Shown here piece by piece: positions 24,398-32,810 of a stretch of 64,000 bases of DNA (position 1 is its first letter; each line of letters starts with the position of its first letter). The position numbers and the translations under genes are program-made. The DNA comes from an uncultured Clostridia bacterium (GTDB lineage: Bacteria; Bacillota; Clostridia; Christensenellales; UBA1242). The notes below the pieces were generated by a model. That model did no database searches. It was not told the origin of the DNA and saw only the letters and a program-made list of their open reading frames with translations. The stretch is from positions 2,013 to 66,012 of the forward strand of contig CAMSQA010000005.1 of NCBI GenBank assembly GCA_947062475.1, in the 5' to 3' direction.

Positions 24398-27247
24398 ATG
24401 GTAAAAGATATGAACGATAAAATAATAATAAAAGGTGCAAGAGAAAACAACTTGCAAAATGTAGATTTACAGTTGCCAAAAAACAAATTAGTAGTATTCA
24501 CTGGTGTAAGTGGCTCAGGTAAGTCAAGTCTTGCTTTTGGGACGATTTTTGCAGAGGGACAAAGACGTTATGTTGAAAGTCTTTCTTCTTATGCCCGTCA
24601 ATTTTTAGGACAAGCTCAAAAACCTGATGTTGAACAGATTGATGGGTTAAGCCCAGCAATCTCAATTGATCAAAAGACTACGAATCACAATCCACGTTCT
24701 ACAGTCGGGACGGTCACTGAAATTTATGATTATTTGAGACTTCTCTATGCAAGGGTTGGTGTGCCATATTGTCCTCATTGTAACAAGCCAATTGAGCAGC
24801 AAACAATTGACCAAATAGTTGATGTAGTTGAAAGTTTTGAAAAGGGGACAAAACTTACAATATTAGCACCAACAGTTCGCGGTCAAAAAGGTGCATTTGC
24901 TAAAGCTTTTGAGAGTTATCGTAAATCTGGCTATGTTCGTGTTCAGGTTGATGGAAGCATCTATTCACTAGACGAGGAGATAAATTTAGATAAAAATATC
25001 AAGCATAATATCAGTGTTGTTATTGATAGAATTGTTTTAAAGGAAGGTGTTACGGCAAGACTTACTGATTCGATAGAGACCGCGATCAAGCTTACAGAAG
25101 GACTTGTGATAATCGATAAAGAAGGTGAAGAAATCTTGTTTAGCACAAATTATGCCTGCCCACATTGTGGATGGACACTTGAGGAAGTCACTCCAAGACT
25201 ATTTTCCTTTAATGCTCCTTTTGGGGCGTGTCCAACTTGTGGTGGACTTGGCACATATTCGGATATAGATGAGGAAATTGTGCTTAGGGATAGCCATCTT
25301 TCATTGAGAGAAGGGGCACTAAATTTGTCTGGCTGGAGAATGGATAATGGTGGACTTGCAGCGAGATATTTTAATGCTTTGTCAAAAAAATATGGGATTG
25401 ACCTTGATAAACCTCTTAAAAATTTGCCAAGAAAGCATATCGATATTTTACTTTACGGAAACAATGGAGAAAAACTGGATATTTATGAAAATGAAAAACA
25501 AAACAAGACTTTTGAACATTTCAATGGCAAGAAGGCACTCTCCTTTGAAGGAATTGTCAATAATTTAAAAAGGAGACTTGCTGAGACCAAAAGCGATTTT
25601 ATCAGATTTGAAATAGGCAAATTTGTGCATGAAACAAACTGTCCAACATGCAAAGGAAAAAGACTTAACGAAAGTGCACTTTCGATAAAAATTAATAATA
25701 AGGATATATCAGAAGTTTGTGATATGTCTGTAAGCAACCTTTTGCCTTTCTTTGAAACACTCAAATTGTCAAAAGAAAAAATGGAGATTGCCAAAAGTAT
25801 ATTAAAAGAAATAAAAGCCCGCTTAAATTTCCTGTCCGATGTGGGTCTTGATTATCTTACTCTTGCTCGCTCAGCTGAGACTTTATCTGGTGGAGAAGCA
25901 CAAAGAATTAGGCTTGCTACTCAAATTGGAAGTGGTTTGTCGGGTGTTATGTATATTTTAGACGAGCCTTCAATAGGACTTCATCAACGCGACAATGACA
26001 GACTTATTCATACTTTGCAGCATTTGCGTGATCTAGGTAATACATTGATTGTTGTTGAGCACGATGAAGATACCATTAAAAGTGCCGATTGGATTGTTGA
26101 TGTAGGCCCATATGCGGGAGTGCATGGAGGGAAAATTGTTGGCAACGGCACACTTGAGGATATTTTAAAATCATCAAATTCAATTACTGCAAAATTTTTG
26201 CGTGGAGAAGAGAAAATTGAGGTGCCAACTGAGAGAAAAAAGAGTGACAAATACCTTCTCATCAAAGGGGCTAAAGAGAATAATCTTAAAAACATTGATG
26301 TAAAAATCCCTGTTGGAGTGTTTACCTGTATAACGGGTGTGTCTGGAAGCGGAAAATCATCACTTCTTAGCGATATAATTTATCCTTACCTTTCCAATAA
26401 TTTAAACAACAGTAGATTAGAACTTGGTCATTTTGACAAAATTGAAAATCTAGATTATTTTGATAAAGTCATAAATATTGACCAATCTCCAATTGGAAGA
26501 ACACCTCGTTCAAATCCTGCAACATATGTGGGCATGTTTTCATTTATTCGAGAACTTTTTGCTTCAACTGCCGAAGCAAAAGCTATGGGCTATGGTCCAG
26601 GTAGATTTTCATTTAATGTAAAAGGCGGGCGATGTGATGCTTGCGAGGGAGCTGGTGTCAAGGAAATTGAAATGTATTTTCTGCCAGATATTGTTGTGCC
26701 ATGTGAAGCTTGCAAGGGTAAAAGATACAATAGAGAAACGCTTGAAGTGCGTTTCAAAGGAAAGAGCATTTCTGATGTGCTTGAAATGACAGTAGAAGAG
26801 GCACTCAAGTTTTTTGAAAATATCCCTTCAATAAAAAATAAAGTGCAAGCACTTCACGATGTTGGTCTTGATTATATAAAGCTTGGTCAGCCAGCAACAA
26901 CTCTTTCTGGTGGTGAGGCACAAAGAGTAAAACTTGCAACCGAACTATCGAAGAGGTCAACTGGAAAGACAATTTATCTTCTTGATGAACCTACAACTGG
27001 ACTTCACATGTATGATGTAAAGAAATTAATATCAATTTTAAACAGACTGGTTGAAAACGGGAATACTGTGGTTGTCATAGAACATAACCTTGATGTCATC
27101 AAATGTGCTGACCATATCATAGATCTAGGACCTGAAGGTGGAAGTGGTGGCGGAGAAATTGTTGCGCAGGGTTCTCCAGAAGAAGTGGCAAAGAGCGATA
27201 AATCCTATACAGCAAAATATCTTAGAAAGATGCTTGAGAATAAATAG
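24398..27247 (+). CDS. uvrA: Excinuclease ABC subunit A
   Basis: 949 aa. IKGARENNLQNVDL ... GVSGSGKSSLAF is present, along with two ABC modules (LSGGEAQR twice) and zinc-finger Cys clusters. The start could instead be the ATG at 24410 (MNDKIIIKGA); no strong SD precedes either. Confidence 0.95.
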   Translation: MVKDMNDKIIIKGARENNLQNVDLQLPKNKLVVFTGVSGSGKSSLAFGTIFAEGQRRYVESLSSYARQFLGQAQKPDVEQIDGLSPAISIDQKTTNHNPRSTVGTVTEIYDYLRLLYARVGVPYCPHCNKPIEQQTIDQIVDVVESFEKGTKLTILAPTVRGQKGAFAKAFESYRKSGYVRVQVDGSIYSLDEEINLDKNIKHNISVVIDRIVLKEGVTARLTDSIETAIKLTEGLVIIDKEGEEILFSTNYACPHCGWTLEEVTPRLFSFNAPFGACPTCGGLGTYSDIDEEIVLRDSHLSLREGALNLSGWRMDNGGLAARYFNALSKKYGIDLDKPLKNLPRKHIDILLYGNNGEKLDIYENEKQNKTFEHFNGKKALSFEGIVNNLKRRLAETKSDFIRFEIGKFVHETNCPTCKGKRLNESALSIKINNKDISEVCDMSVSNLLPFFETLKLSKEKMEIAKSILKEIKARLNFLSDVGLDYLTLARSAETLSGGEAQRIRLATQIGSGLSGVMYILDEPSIGLHQRDNDRLIHTLQHLRDLGNTLIVVEHDEDTIKSADWIVDVGPYAGVHGGKIVGNGTLEDILKSSNSITAKFLRGEEKIEVPTERKKSDKYLLIKGAKENNLKNIDVKIPVGVFTCITGVSGSGKSSLLSDIIYPYLSNNLNNSRLELGHFDKIENLDYFDKVINIDQSPIGRTPRSNPATYVGMFSFIRELFASTAEAKAMGYGPGRFSFNVKGGRCDACEGAGVKEIEMYFLPDIVVPCEACKGKRYNRETLEVRFKGKSISDVLEMTVEEALKFFENIPSIKNKVQALHDVGLDYIKLGQPATTLSGGEAQRVKLATELSKRSTGKTIYLLDEPTTGLHMYDVKKLISILNRLVENGNTVVVIEHNLDVIKCADHIIDLGPEGGSGGGEIVAQGSPEEVAKSDKSYTAKYLRKMLENK

Positions 27248-27274
27248 ATGATTTATAATCATAGTCAATACAAC

Positions 27275-27309
27275 AAAAAAGATTGCAAATTACTTGCAAT
27301 CTTTTTTTT
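27275..27309. terminator. Bidirectional rho-independent terminator between convergent uvrA and the 603-aa gene
   Basis: The stem is AAGATTGCAA (27279..27288) paired with TTGCAATCTT (27294..27303), with loop ATTAC. It is flanked by an A-run on the 5' side and a T-run on the 3' side. Confidence 0.75.
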
Positions 27310-27310
27310 G

Positions 27311-29122
27311 TTATAATAATTTATTTAATAAATCTTTATCTTCTTCATTCACTTCGGCATTATTCAATACATCAATTTTATCCTCTTTAGTTGTCTTTTT
27401 GTCAAGCAAAGTTTTATATAAATTTTCATAATCCTTATTTACAGAACCATCATTATTCACATAATATTCTTCTGCAATTTGTTTGATCACTTCGTTTGGT
27501 TTGAGTGAGAAATGCTTGAATAGATCATTGATAATTGGCAATGTTTCCTTTTTTGCTTCCGCGTTTTTCTTAAACTTAGAAAGAATTGTCTTTGGAGATG
27601 CAATATAAAAAGTTTTATTTTTGTCGCCCTTAATAGCATAGTTTGCATCAAGTTCAACCAATTTGTAAATTTCTTTAATCAGATTTTCATGATACTCTGT
27701 TTTAAGTGCAACATTTTTGCCTAGCAAACGTTTATCAAATTTAACATCTTGAATTTTAAGATTAGTTTTTTGCTTTGTCTTAACCTTTTTATAGATATCT
27801 TCAAATCTTGAAAGCTGTTTATGTTTTTCATCACAAGCGTTTTCAAGAGTATTAAGATTTTCCATAAGTGTGCCAAGAGGGGTGAGGATGTTTGAATCTG
27901 ACATGAGATTTACATCAAGTTCTTTTGCAAGGAAGTTGATAGTTTCTTCTGTGCGTTCACTCTTGCGGTAATTTGATTTTGCTTGATATTTTTTCTTAAT
28001 ATTCTTGATAGTATTTAAAAGATCCAATGAATAATCAAGATTTGTCTTTATAAGTTTTCCAAAAGCATTGAGATTGTTTTTGATATAATCTTCTGCATTT
28101 CCAGTTTTAAACATTTCTTTTGGAAGGTTGAAGATTCTATCTTGCTTTTTCCCAATTTCAAGTTCTCTGCCAAGAATTTGTGTTGCAATTCTTCCTGCAG
28201 CAAATTCAAGACCATTGATTTTGTTTGAGATTTCTGCAAAGATATGTTCATTTTTGATGTTGTCACGAAGTTTGTAAATATTTGCAATCATGTTGAAACC
28301 AATGTTGTTGTCTTTATCAAATTCAGCATTGTGTTTGTAAACTTCGCTTGCAAGTGCTATTGTAATAATTAAAGCTTTATAAGTCCTGTCATTATCATTT
28401 TCACAATATCCATCAAGAGAAGGGTCTTTTTCGCTAAGATATTCTTTTTTAATATAGTTTACACAAGCATCATAATTGTCTAAAGTAGCAAGAGCTTCAA
28501 ACAAATCTTCTTTTGATTTAATTTCAATTTCAGTATCATTTTGAATTTCTTTAAAAGTGTTGAAATCATAATATATATCAGATTTTTGAACTTTTGGATT
28601 TTCTACAAGAGAAGTTACAAGGCTTGATTTTGTTATTCTTGCAAGTTTTTCATCGCCTGAAACAAGAGAAGTAAGCTCTTCGCGGAGATCGCTTATATTT
28701 TTCTGAGAATTTACTAGTGTAGCTGCTACTGCAAAAAATACCTTGTTGATTGCTTCTTGGTCAACATTCAATTCTTCAAGGTTGTTTAAAATAGAGGCAG
28801 CCCAAATGATTGATGTCGCAGATTTTTCATTGCAGTCAACACGATTTTTAAGTTCTTCTAGCAATATAGAAATTTCTTCTGTTTCAGGAAGATTTTTAGT
28901 TGCATCAATAAGCTCATCAACGCTTGAGTTGTCATTTATTTGACCACCCAACATATCAGCATTATAGCTGGCTCTTTTCATAATAGAAAGAAGATAAAGC
29001 TTAGTGTTGAAGTTTTTCACAATATATCGAGAAAGCCCATCAGGATCTTTTACAATTTTTCTAAGCCACTGTGAATCTTCGTTTGTAATCAATTTAGGTA
29101 ATATGTGTATAATCTTTTCCAT
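27311..29122 (-). CDS. Orphan cytoplasmic protein (603 aa), predicted mostly helical, unknown function
   Basis: A long ORF with a GGAGGG SD and its own promoter. It has no TM segment, no signal peptide, no P-loop and no metal motif that I can recognise. Confidence 0.8.
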   Translation of the reverse strand: MEKIIHILPKLITNEDSQWLRKIVKDPDGLSRYIVKNFNTKLYLLSIMKRASYNADMLGGQINDNSSVDELIDATKNLPETEEISILLEELKNRVDCNEKSATSIIWAASILNNLEELNVDQEAINKVFFAVAATLVNSQKNISDLREELTSLVSGDEKLARITKSSLVTSLVENPKVQKSDIYYDFNTFKEIQNDTEIEIKSKEDLFEALATLDNYDACVNYIKKEYLSEKDPSLDGYCENDNDRTYKALIITIALASEVYKHNAEFDKDNNIGFNMIANIYKLRDNIKNEHIFAEISNKINGLEFAAGRIATQILGRELEIGKKQDRIFNLPKEMFKTGNAEDYIKNNLNAFGKLIKTNLDYSLDLLNTIKNIKKKYQAKSNYRKSERTEETINFLAKELDVNLMSDSNILTPLGTLMENLNTLENACDEKHKQLSRFEDIYKKVKTKQKTNLKIQDVKFDKRLLGKNVALKTEYHENLIKEIYKLVELDANYAIKGDKNKTFYIASPKTILSKFKKNAEAKKETLPIINDLFKHFSLKPNEVIKQIAEEYYVNNDGSVNKDYENLYKTLLDKKTTKEDKIDVLNNAEVNEEDKDLLNKLL

Positions 29123-29146
29123 AATTCCCTCCGAATTTATATATTT

Positions 29147-29175
29147 ATTTTAGCATATTTTTTATCAAATATCAA
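29147..29175 (-). promoter_or_regulatory. Near-consensus promoter of the 603-aa gene
   Basis: Read on the minus strand: TTGATA (29175..29170), a 17-nt spacer ending in TGC (extended -10), then TAAAAT (29152..29147). Confidence 0.55.
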
Positions 29176-29236
29176 TACCTCTTTTTAAAAAATTGAAGAT
29201 TTTTGATAAGTTTGATATTATTTTGAGCCTTTTTTG

Positions 29237-30019
29237 CTATTTTAATTTAAACATTGTGCTTATATTTGGACCTGCAACATCAATCATGATGTCTTTCCCT
29301 TCAGTTATTCCATGCTTTTTGATGTTTGCACATATTGAGTTATATGCTAGGTGAGGCGAATTGTTTTCACGACTGAGATGAGAAAGCATGATTTGTTTTG
29401 TCCCGTTATTTGCCAAAAACTCCACCACTTGACTGCTTGCATTGTTTGATAAATGACCATTAGGTCCATCAATTCTAATTTTAAGGGAGAGGGGATATTT
29501 GAGAGATTTCATGAGGAGCTGTTTGTCATAATTTGCTTCAAGATAAACAAGACCGCTTCCTTTAATAGAATATAAAATTTGGTCATTAATGTGACCCAAA
29601 TCTGTCAAAACACTGATCTTTCTATTTTCGTTTTGAAAACTATAGCCAAAACATTTGACATCGTGAGGCACTTCAATTGGATGAATTTCAAGATCATCAA
29701 AGGAAAAATCTTTATCAAAACTCTTTCGATTTTTACTGTCAACTTTTTTAAGTTTGCCATCAAGACCAAGCCAAACGCTCTGGTGAGCATAAACGGGTGT
29801 GTCAAATTTGTTTGAAAAAACATCCACACCTTTTATGTGGTCAGAATGTTCATGACTTATTATGATGGCGTCAATTTCTTTTGGGTTTATACTTATTGCT
29901 TCAAGTCGTCTTATGGTTTCACTGCAACTAAGCCCATCGTCCAGCAAAAGTTTTGTGTTGCCATTTTCTATATATGTGACATTGCCATCGCTTCCTGAAG
30001 CTAAATTAATAATACGCAT
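29237..30019 (-). CDS. MBL-fold metallo-hydrolase (YycJ/WalJ-like, 260 aa)
   Basis: The HEHSDH motif and the N-terminus MRIINLASGSDGNVTYIE are present. The track start at 30025 is a TTG. The only ATG is at 30019, exactly 7 nt after a consensus -10, with no SD. Confidence 0.85.
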   Translation of the reverse strand: MRIINLASGSDGNVTYIENGNTKLLLDDGLSCSETIRRLEAISINPKEIDAIIISHEHSDHIKGVDVFSNKFDTPVYAHQSVWLGLDGKLKKVDSKNRKSFDKDFSFDDLEIHPIEVPHDVKCFGYSFQNENRKISVLTDLGHINDQILYSIKGSGLVYLEANYDKQLLMKSLKYPLSLKIRIDGPNGHLSNNASSQVVEFLANNGTKQIMLSHLSRENNSPHLAYNSICANIKKHGITEGKDIMIDVAGPNISTMFKLK

Positions 30020-30025
30020 ATGCAA

Positions 30026-30054
30026 ATTATATCATAATTCAACAATTTTTGCAA
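30026..30054 (-). promoter_or_regulatory. Consensus promoter abutting the MBL start codon (leaderless geometry)
   Basis: Read on the minus strand: TTGCAA (30054..30049), a 17-nt spacer ending in TGA, TATAAT (30031..30026), then TTGCAT and the ATG at 30019. Confidence 0.6.
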
Positions 30055-30067
30055 TAACAAATTTATT

Positions 30068-30238
30068 TTAATATTTAAAATTATACTTATTAAAATCATA
30101 CGTTGAATGTGTTTCACAACAAATGACAGCATTGTCATTTTTGCTGTTATTATTATATTTTATTCCAAGCATGGTGGTTGCCCAAATTAAAAAGATTATA
30201 AGAGCGACACCAAGCAAAAATATCAGACGATTTTTCAC
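30068..30238 (-). CDS. Possible small membrane protein (56 aa, GTG start)
   Basis: My own translation gives VKNRLIFLLGVALIIFLIWATTMLGIKYNNNSKNDNAVICCETHSTYDFNKYNFKY, with one clear TM helix. Read on the minus strand, TTGTAA (30273..30268), a 17-nt spacer and TACACT (30250..30245) put the GTG 7 nt after the -10. No SD is present. The ORF is below the track length cut-off. Confidence 0.3.
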   Translation of the reverse strand: MKNRLIFLLGVALIIFLIWATTMLGIKYNNNSKNDNAVICCETHSTYDFNKYNFKY

Positions 30239-30360
30239 AAAAATAGTGTATCATGCTTAATTGTAATTTACAAAAATAAGATTTTAAGAAAAGGTCAAAT
30301 TTTGACGAATTTGCGTAAATTTTGTTGAGCTTATACTGATTGTAAATAGATATATTTTAC

Positions 30361-30389
30361 TTGACAATTTCTTTAAATAATGATATTAT
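30361..30389 (+). promoter_or_regulatory. Consensus promoter of metG
   Basis: TTGACA (30361..30366), a 17-nt spacer ending in TGA, then TATTAT (30384..30389). Confidence 0.55.
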
Positions 30390-30424
30390 TCTATTATTAA
30401 TTAATATGCTTTTTGGAGGACTTA

Positions 30425-32005
30425 ATGAAAGAAAAATTTTATATTACTACACCTATTTATTATCCTAGCAATAAACTGACACTTGGAAATTCATACACAA
30501 CAATTGTTTGTGACGCTATTGCAAGATTTAATAAAAAACTTGGTAAAGATGTTTTTTATCTTACTGGTACAGATGAACATGGTCAAAAAATCACTCAATC
30601 GGCAGCAAAAGTTGGGAAAAGTGAAAAAGAATATCTTGATGAAATTGTATCTGATACAAAAGCTCTTTGGAAACTTCTTGACATAGAATATGACAAGTTT
30701 ATAAGGACAACAGATGATTATCATGAAAAAGCTGTTCAAAAGATTTTTACCAAACTTTATCAAAATGGCTATATTTATAAAGGCTCTTATAAGGGCTGGT
30801 ATTGCACACCATGTGAATCTTTCTGGACAGAAAGCCAACTTGTAAATGGCAAATGCCCAGACTGTGGAAGAGAGGTGAAATTTCAAGAGGAAGAGGCTTA
30901 CTTTTTCAAATTGTCTGAGTTTGGGGACAAGCTTATTGACCTTTATAAGTCAAATCCTCAGTTTCTTCAACCTGCAAGCAGAGTAAATGAAATGATAAAC
31001 AACTTTATAAAACCAGGACTTAATGACCTTTGCGTTTCAAGAACCTCTGTTAAATGGGGCGTTCCTGTTGAATTTGATAACGAGCATACAATATATGTAT
31101 GGATTGACGCACTTTCAAATTATATCACTGCACTTGGCTATTTAAGTGAAAATGATGAGAATTACAAGAAATTTTGGCCAGCAGATGTTCATGTAATAGG
31201 AAAGGAGATTGTTAGGTTTCATTCAATCATATGGCCTGCAATTTTGATGGCACTTGAGCTTCCAATTCCAAAACGTATCTTTGCACATGGCTGGATTCTT
31301 TTTGGTGGAGATAAACTTTCAAAAAGTAAGGATGCAGGTGTGAAAGAATGCACCGATCCTCGTGTTTTAGTCCCAATGTATAGTGCTGATGCTGTTAGAT
31401 ATTTCCTTTATCGAGAAATTCCTTTTGGCAGTGATGGCAATTATTCAACAGAGGCATTTCTTACAAGGATTAATGCAGACCTTTCAAACAATTTCGGAAA
31501 TCTTGTATCAAGAACTTTTAGTATGGTTAAAAAATATTTTAGCTCTGTCATTACTGAAGCAGAAAAATCAACTGAAGATGACCAAGAATTTAAACAAAAT
31601 GTATTAAATGAAGTGAAAACAGTTTTAAAATATATGGAAGAACTTGATATAACTCGTGCAATCACCTCAATTATGAATATATTCACATTTGCAAACACTT
31701 ACATTCAAAAAGTTCAACCTTGGGTGATTGCAAAAGAAGAGGGTGGAGAGGCAAGACTTAAAACGATTATGAGATATCTTCTTGAATCAATCAGAATTGG
31801 CAGCAATCTTATTTTTGCTTTTATGCCAAACAGCAGTGCGAAAGTTTTGAAGGCATTTGGCATTGAACCAACATCAGAGTTTGCAAATCTTGACAATTTT
31901 GATGGTTTAGAAACAGGTAAACTATTGGGAGAACTTGAAATATTATTCCCTCGTCTTGATGTCGCAGCCGAAAGTGAAAAACTTTTTAAAATAGCAAATG
32001 AATAA
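30425..32005 (+). CDS. metG: Methionine--tRNA ligase, short form (526 aa, no C-terminal tRNA-binding domain)
   Basis: The N-terminus is FYITTPIYYPSNKLTLGNSYTTIVCDAIARF ... GTDEHGQKI. A Zn knuckle (CTPCESF ... CPDCG) and the KLSKS motif are present. I prefer the ATG at 30425 because a GGAGGA SD lies at 30415..30420; the track start at 30413 is a TTG. Confidence 0.93.
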   Translation: MKEKFYITTPIYYPSNKLTLGNSYTTIVCDAIARFNKKLGKDVFYLTGTDEHGQKITQSAAKVGKSEKEYLDEIVSDTKALWKLLDIEYDKFIRTTDDYHEKAVQKIFTKLYQNGYIYKGSYKGWYCTPCESFWTESQLVNGKCPDCGREVKFQEEEAYFFKLSEFGDKLIDLYKSNPQFLQPASRVNEMINNFIKPGLNDLCVSRTSVKWGVPVEFDNEHTIYVWIDALSNYITALGYLSENDENYKKFWPADVHVIGKEIVRFHSIIWPAILMALELPIPKRIFAHGWILFGGDKLSKSKDAGVKECTDPRVLVPMYSADAVRYFLYREIPFGSDGNYSTEAFLTRINADLSNNFGNLVSRTFSMVKKYFSSVITEAEKSTEDDQEFKQNVLNEVKTVLKYMEELDITRAITSIMNIFTFANTYIQKVQPWVIAKEEGGEARLKTIMRYLLESIRIGSNLIFAFMPNSSAKVLKAFGIEPTSEFANLDNFDGLETGKLLGELEILFPRLDVAAESEKLFKIANE

Positions 32006-32035
32006 AAGAAATAAAGATAATATAAAAGAAAAATA

Positions 32036-32077
32036 AAAAATATAAGGAAATTTCTGTAAAATCCTTATATTTTTTTA
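32036..32077. terminator. Candidate bidirectional terminator between convergent metG and nrdG
   Basis: The stem is TATAAGGA (32041..32048) paired with TCCTTATA (32062..32069), with a 13-nt loop. It is flanked by an A-run and a T-run. Confidence 0.5.
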
Positions 32078-32091
32078 TTAAATAAATGTGT

Positions 32092-32604
32092 TTAAACCCA
32101 TTTAGGGTCAGTCATTATGATTGGCTTTCCTTCGCGAATTGATGCTTGCACATCTATTGTTCGCTGATTGGAAGAACCTTTAAATTTTAAATCGAGACTT
32201 TTTTGTTTTAAAATAAATCTTCCATCAATAAGCACGTCTATATAAGAAAGCAACTCTTTTGCAAATGGGATATGATCGCTATATAGTGCCTCAAAGGTGT
32301 ATCCTGTATAACAGGCAAGCTCAAGGCCTCTTTCTTTAATAAATTTTGCCACAGGAACAAGTTTTTCTGCCTGAACAAAGGGGTCACCGCCAGAAAAAGT
32401 TACACCTTGAAGTAGGGGATTTGAAAGAATATCTTTTTTGATTTTTCTTAAAGATATCTTTTTGCCACCCTTAAATGAATGTGTTTGAGGATTGTGACAA
32501 CCTTCACAGTGATGAGGACAACCTTGTGTAAAAATGGTATATCGCAGTCCTGGCCCGTCAACAATGCTGTCATTTACTATACCAGAAATTCTTATTCTTG
32601 CCAT
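32092..32604 (-). CDS. nrdG: Anaerobic ribonucleoside-triphosphate reductase activating protein (radical SAM)
   Basis: 170 aa. The N-terminus is GIVNDSIVDGPGLRYTIFTQGCPHHCEGCHNP, which contains the CxxxCxxC motif. Confidence 0.9.
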   Translation of the reverse strand: MARIRISGIVNDSIVDGPGLRYTIFTQGCPHHCEGCHNPQTHSFKGGKKISLRKIKKDILSNPLLQGVTFSGGDPFVQAEKLVPVAKFIKERGLELACYTGYTFEALYSDHIPFAKELLSYIDVLIDGRFILKQKSLDLKFKGSSNQRTIDVQASIREGKPIIMTDPKWV

Positions 32605-32810
32605 ATTTTTCTCCTTTGATAAAATTAAAAAGTTGAGTAATTCAGCGAAAATTATTAAAAAACCATTAAAAATGCTGTTTTTTCATAAAATTTAATGAAA
32701 TTTTTGAAAAATTATGTTATTATCTGTGATATTGTGCTTAAAAATGAGCAATTAAAACGAGCTTATTATAAGCCCGCTTTAATTGATATGAATTTAGTGT
32801 GTTATTTAAA

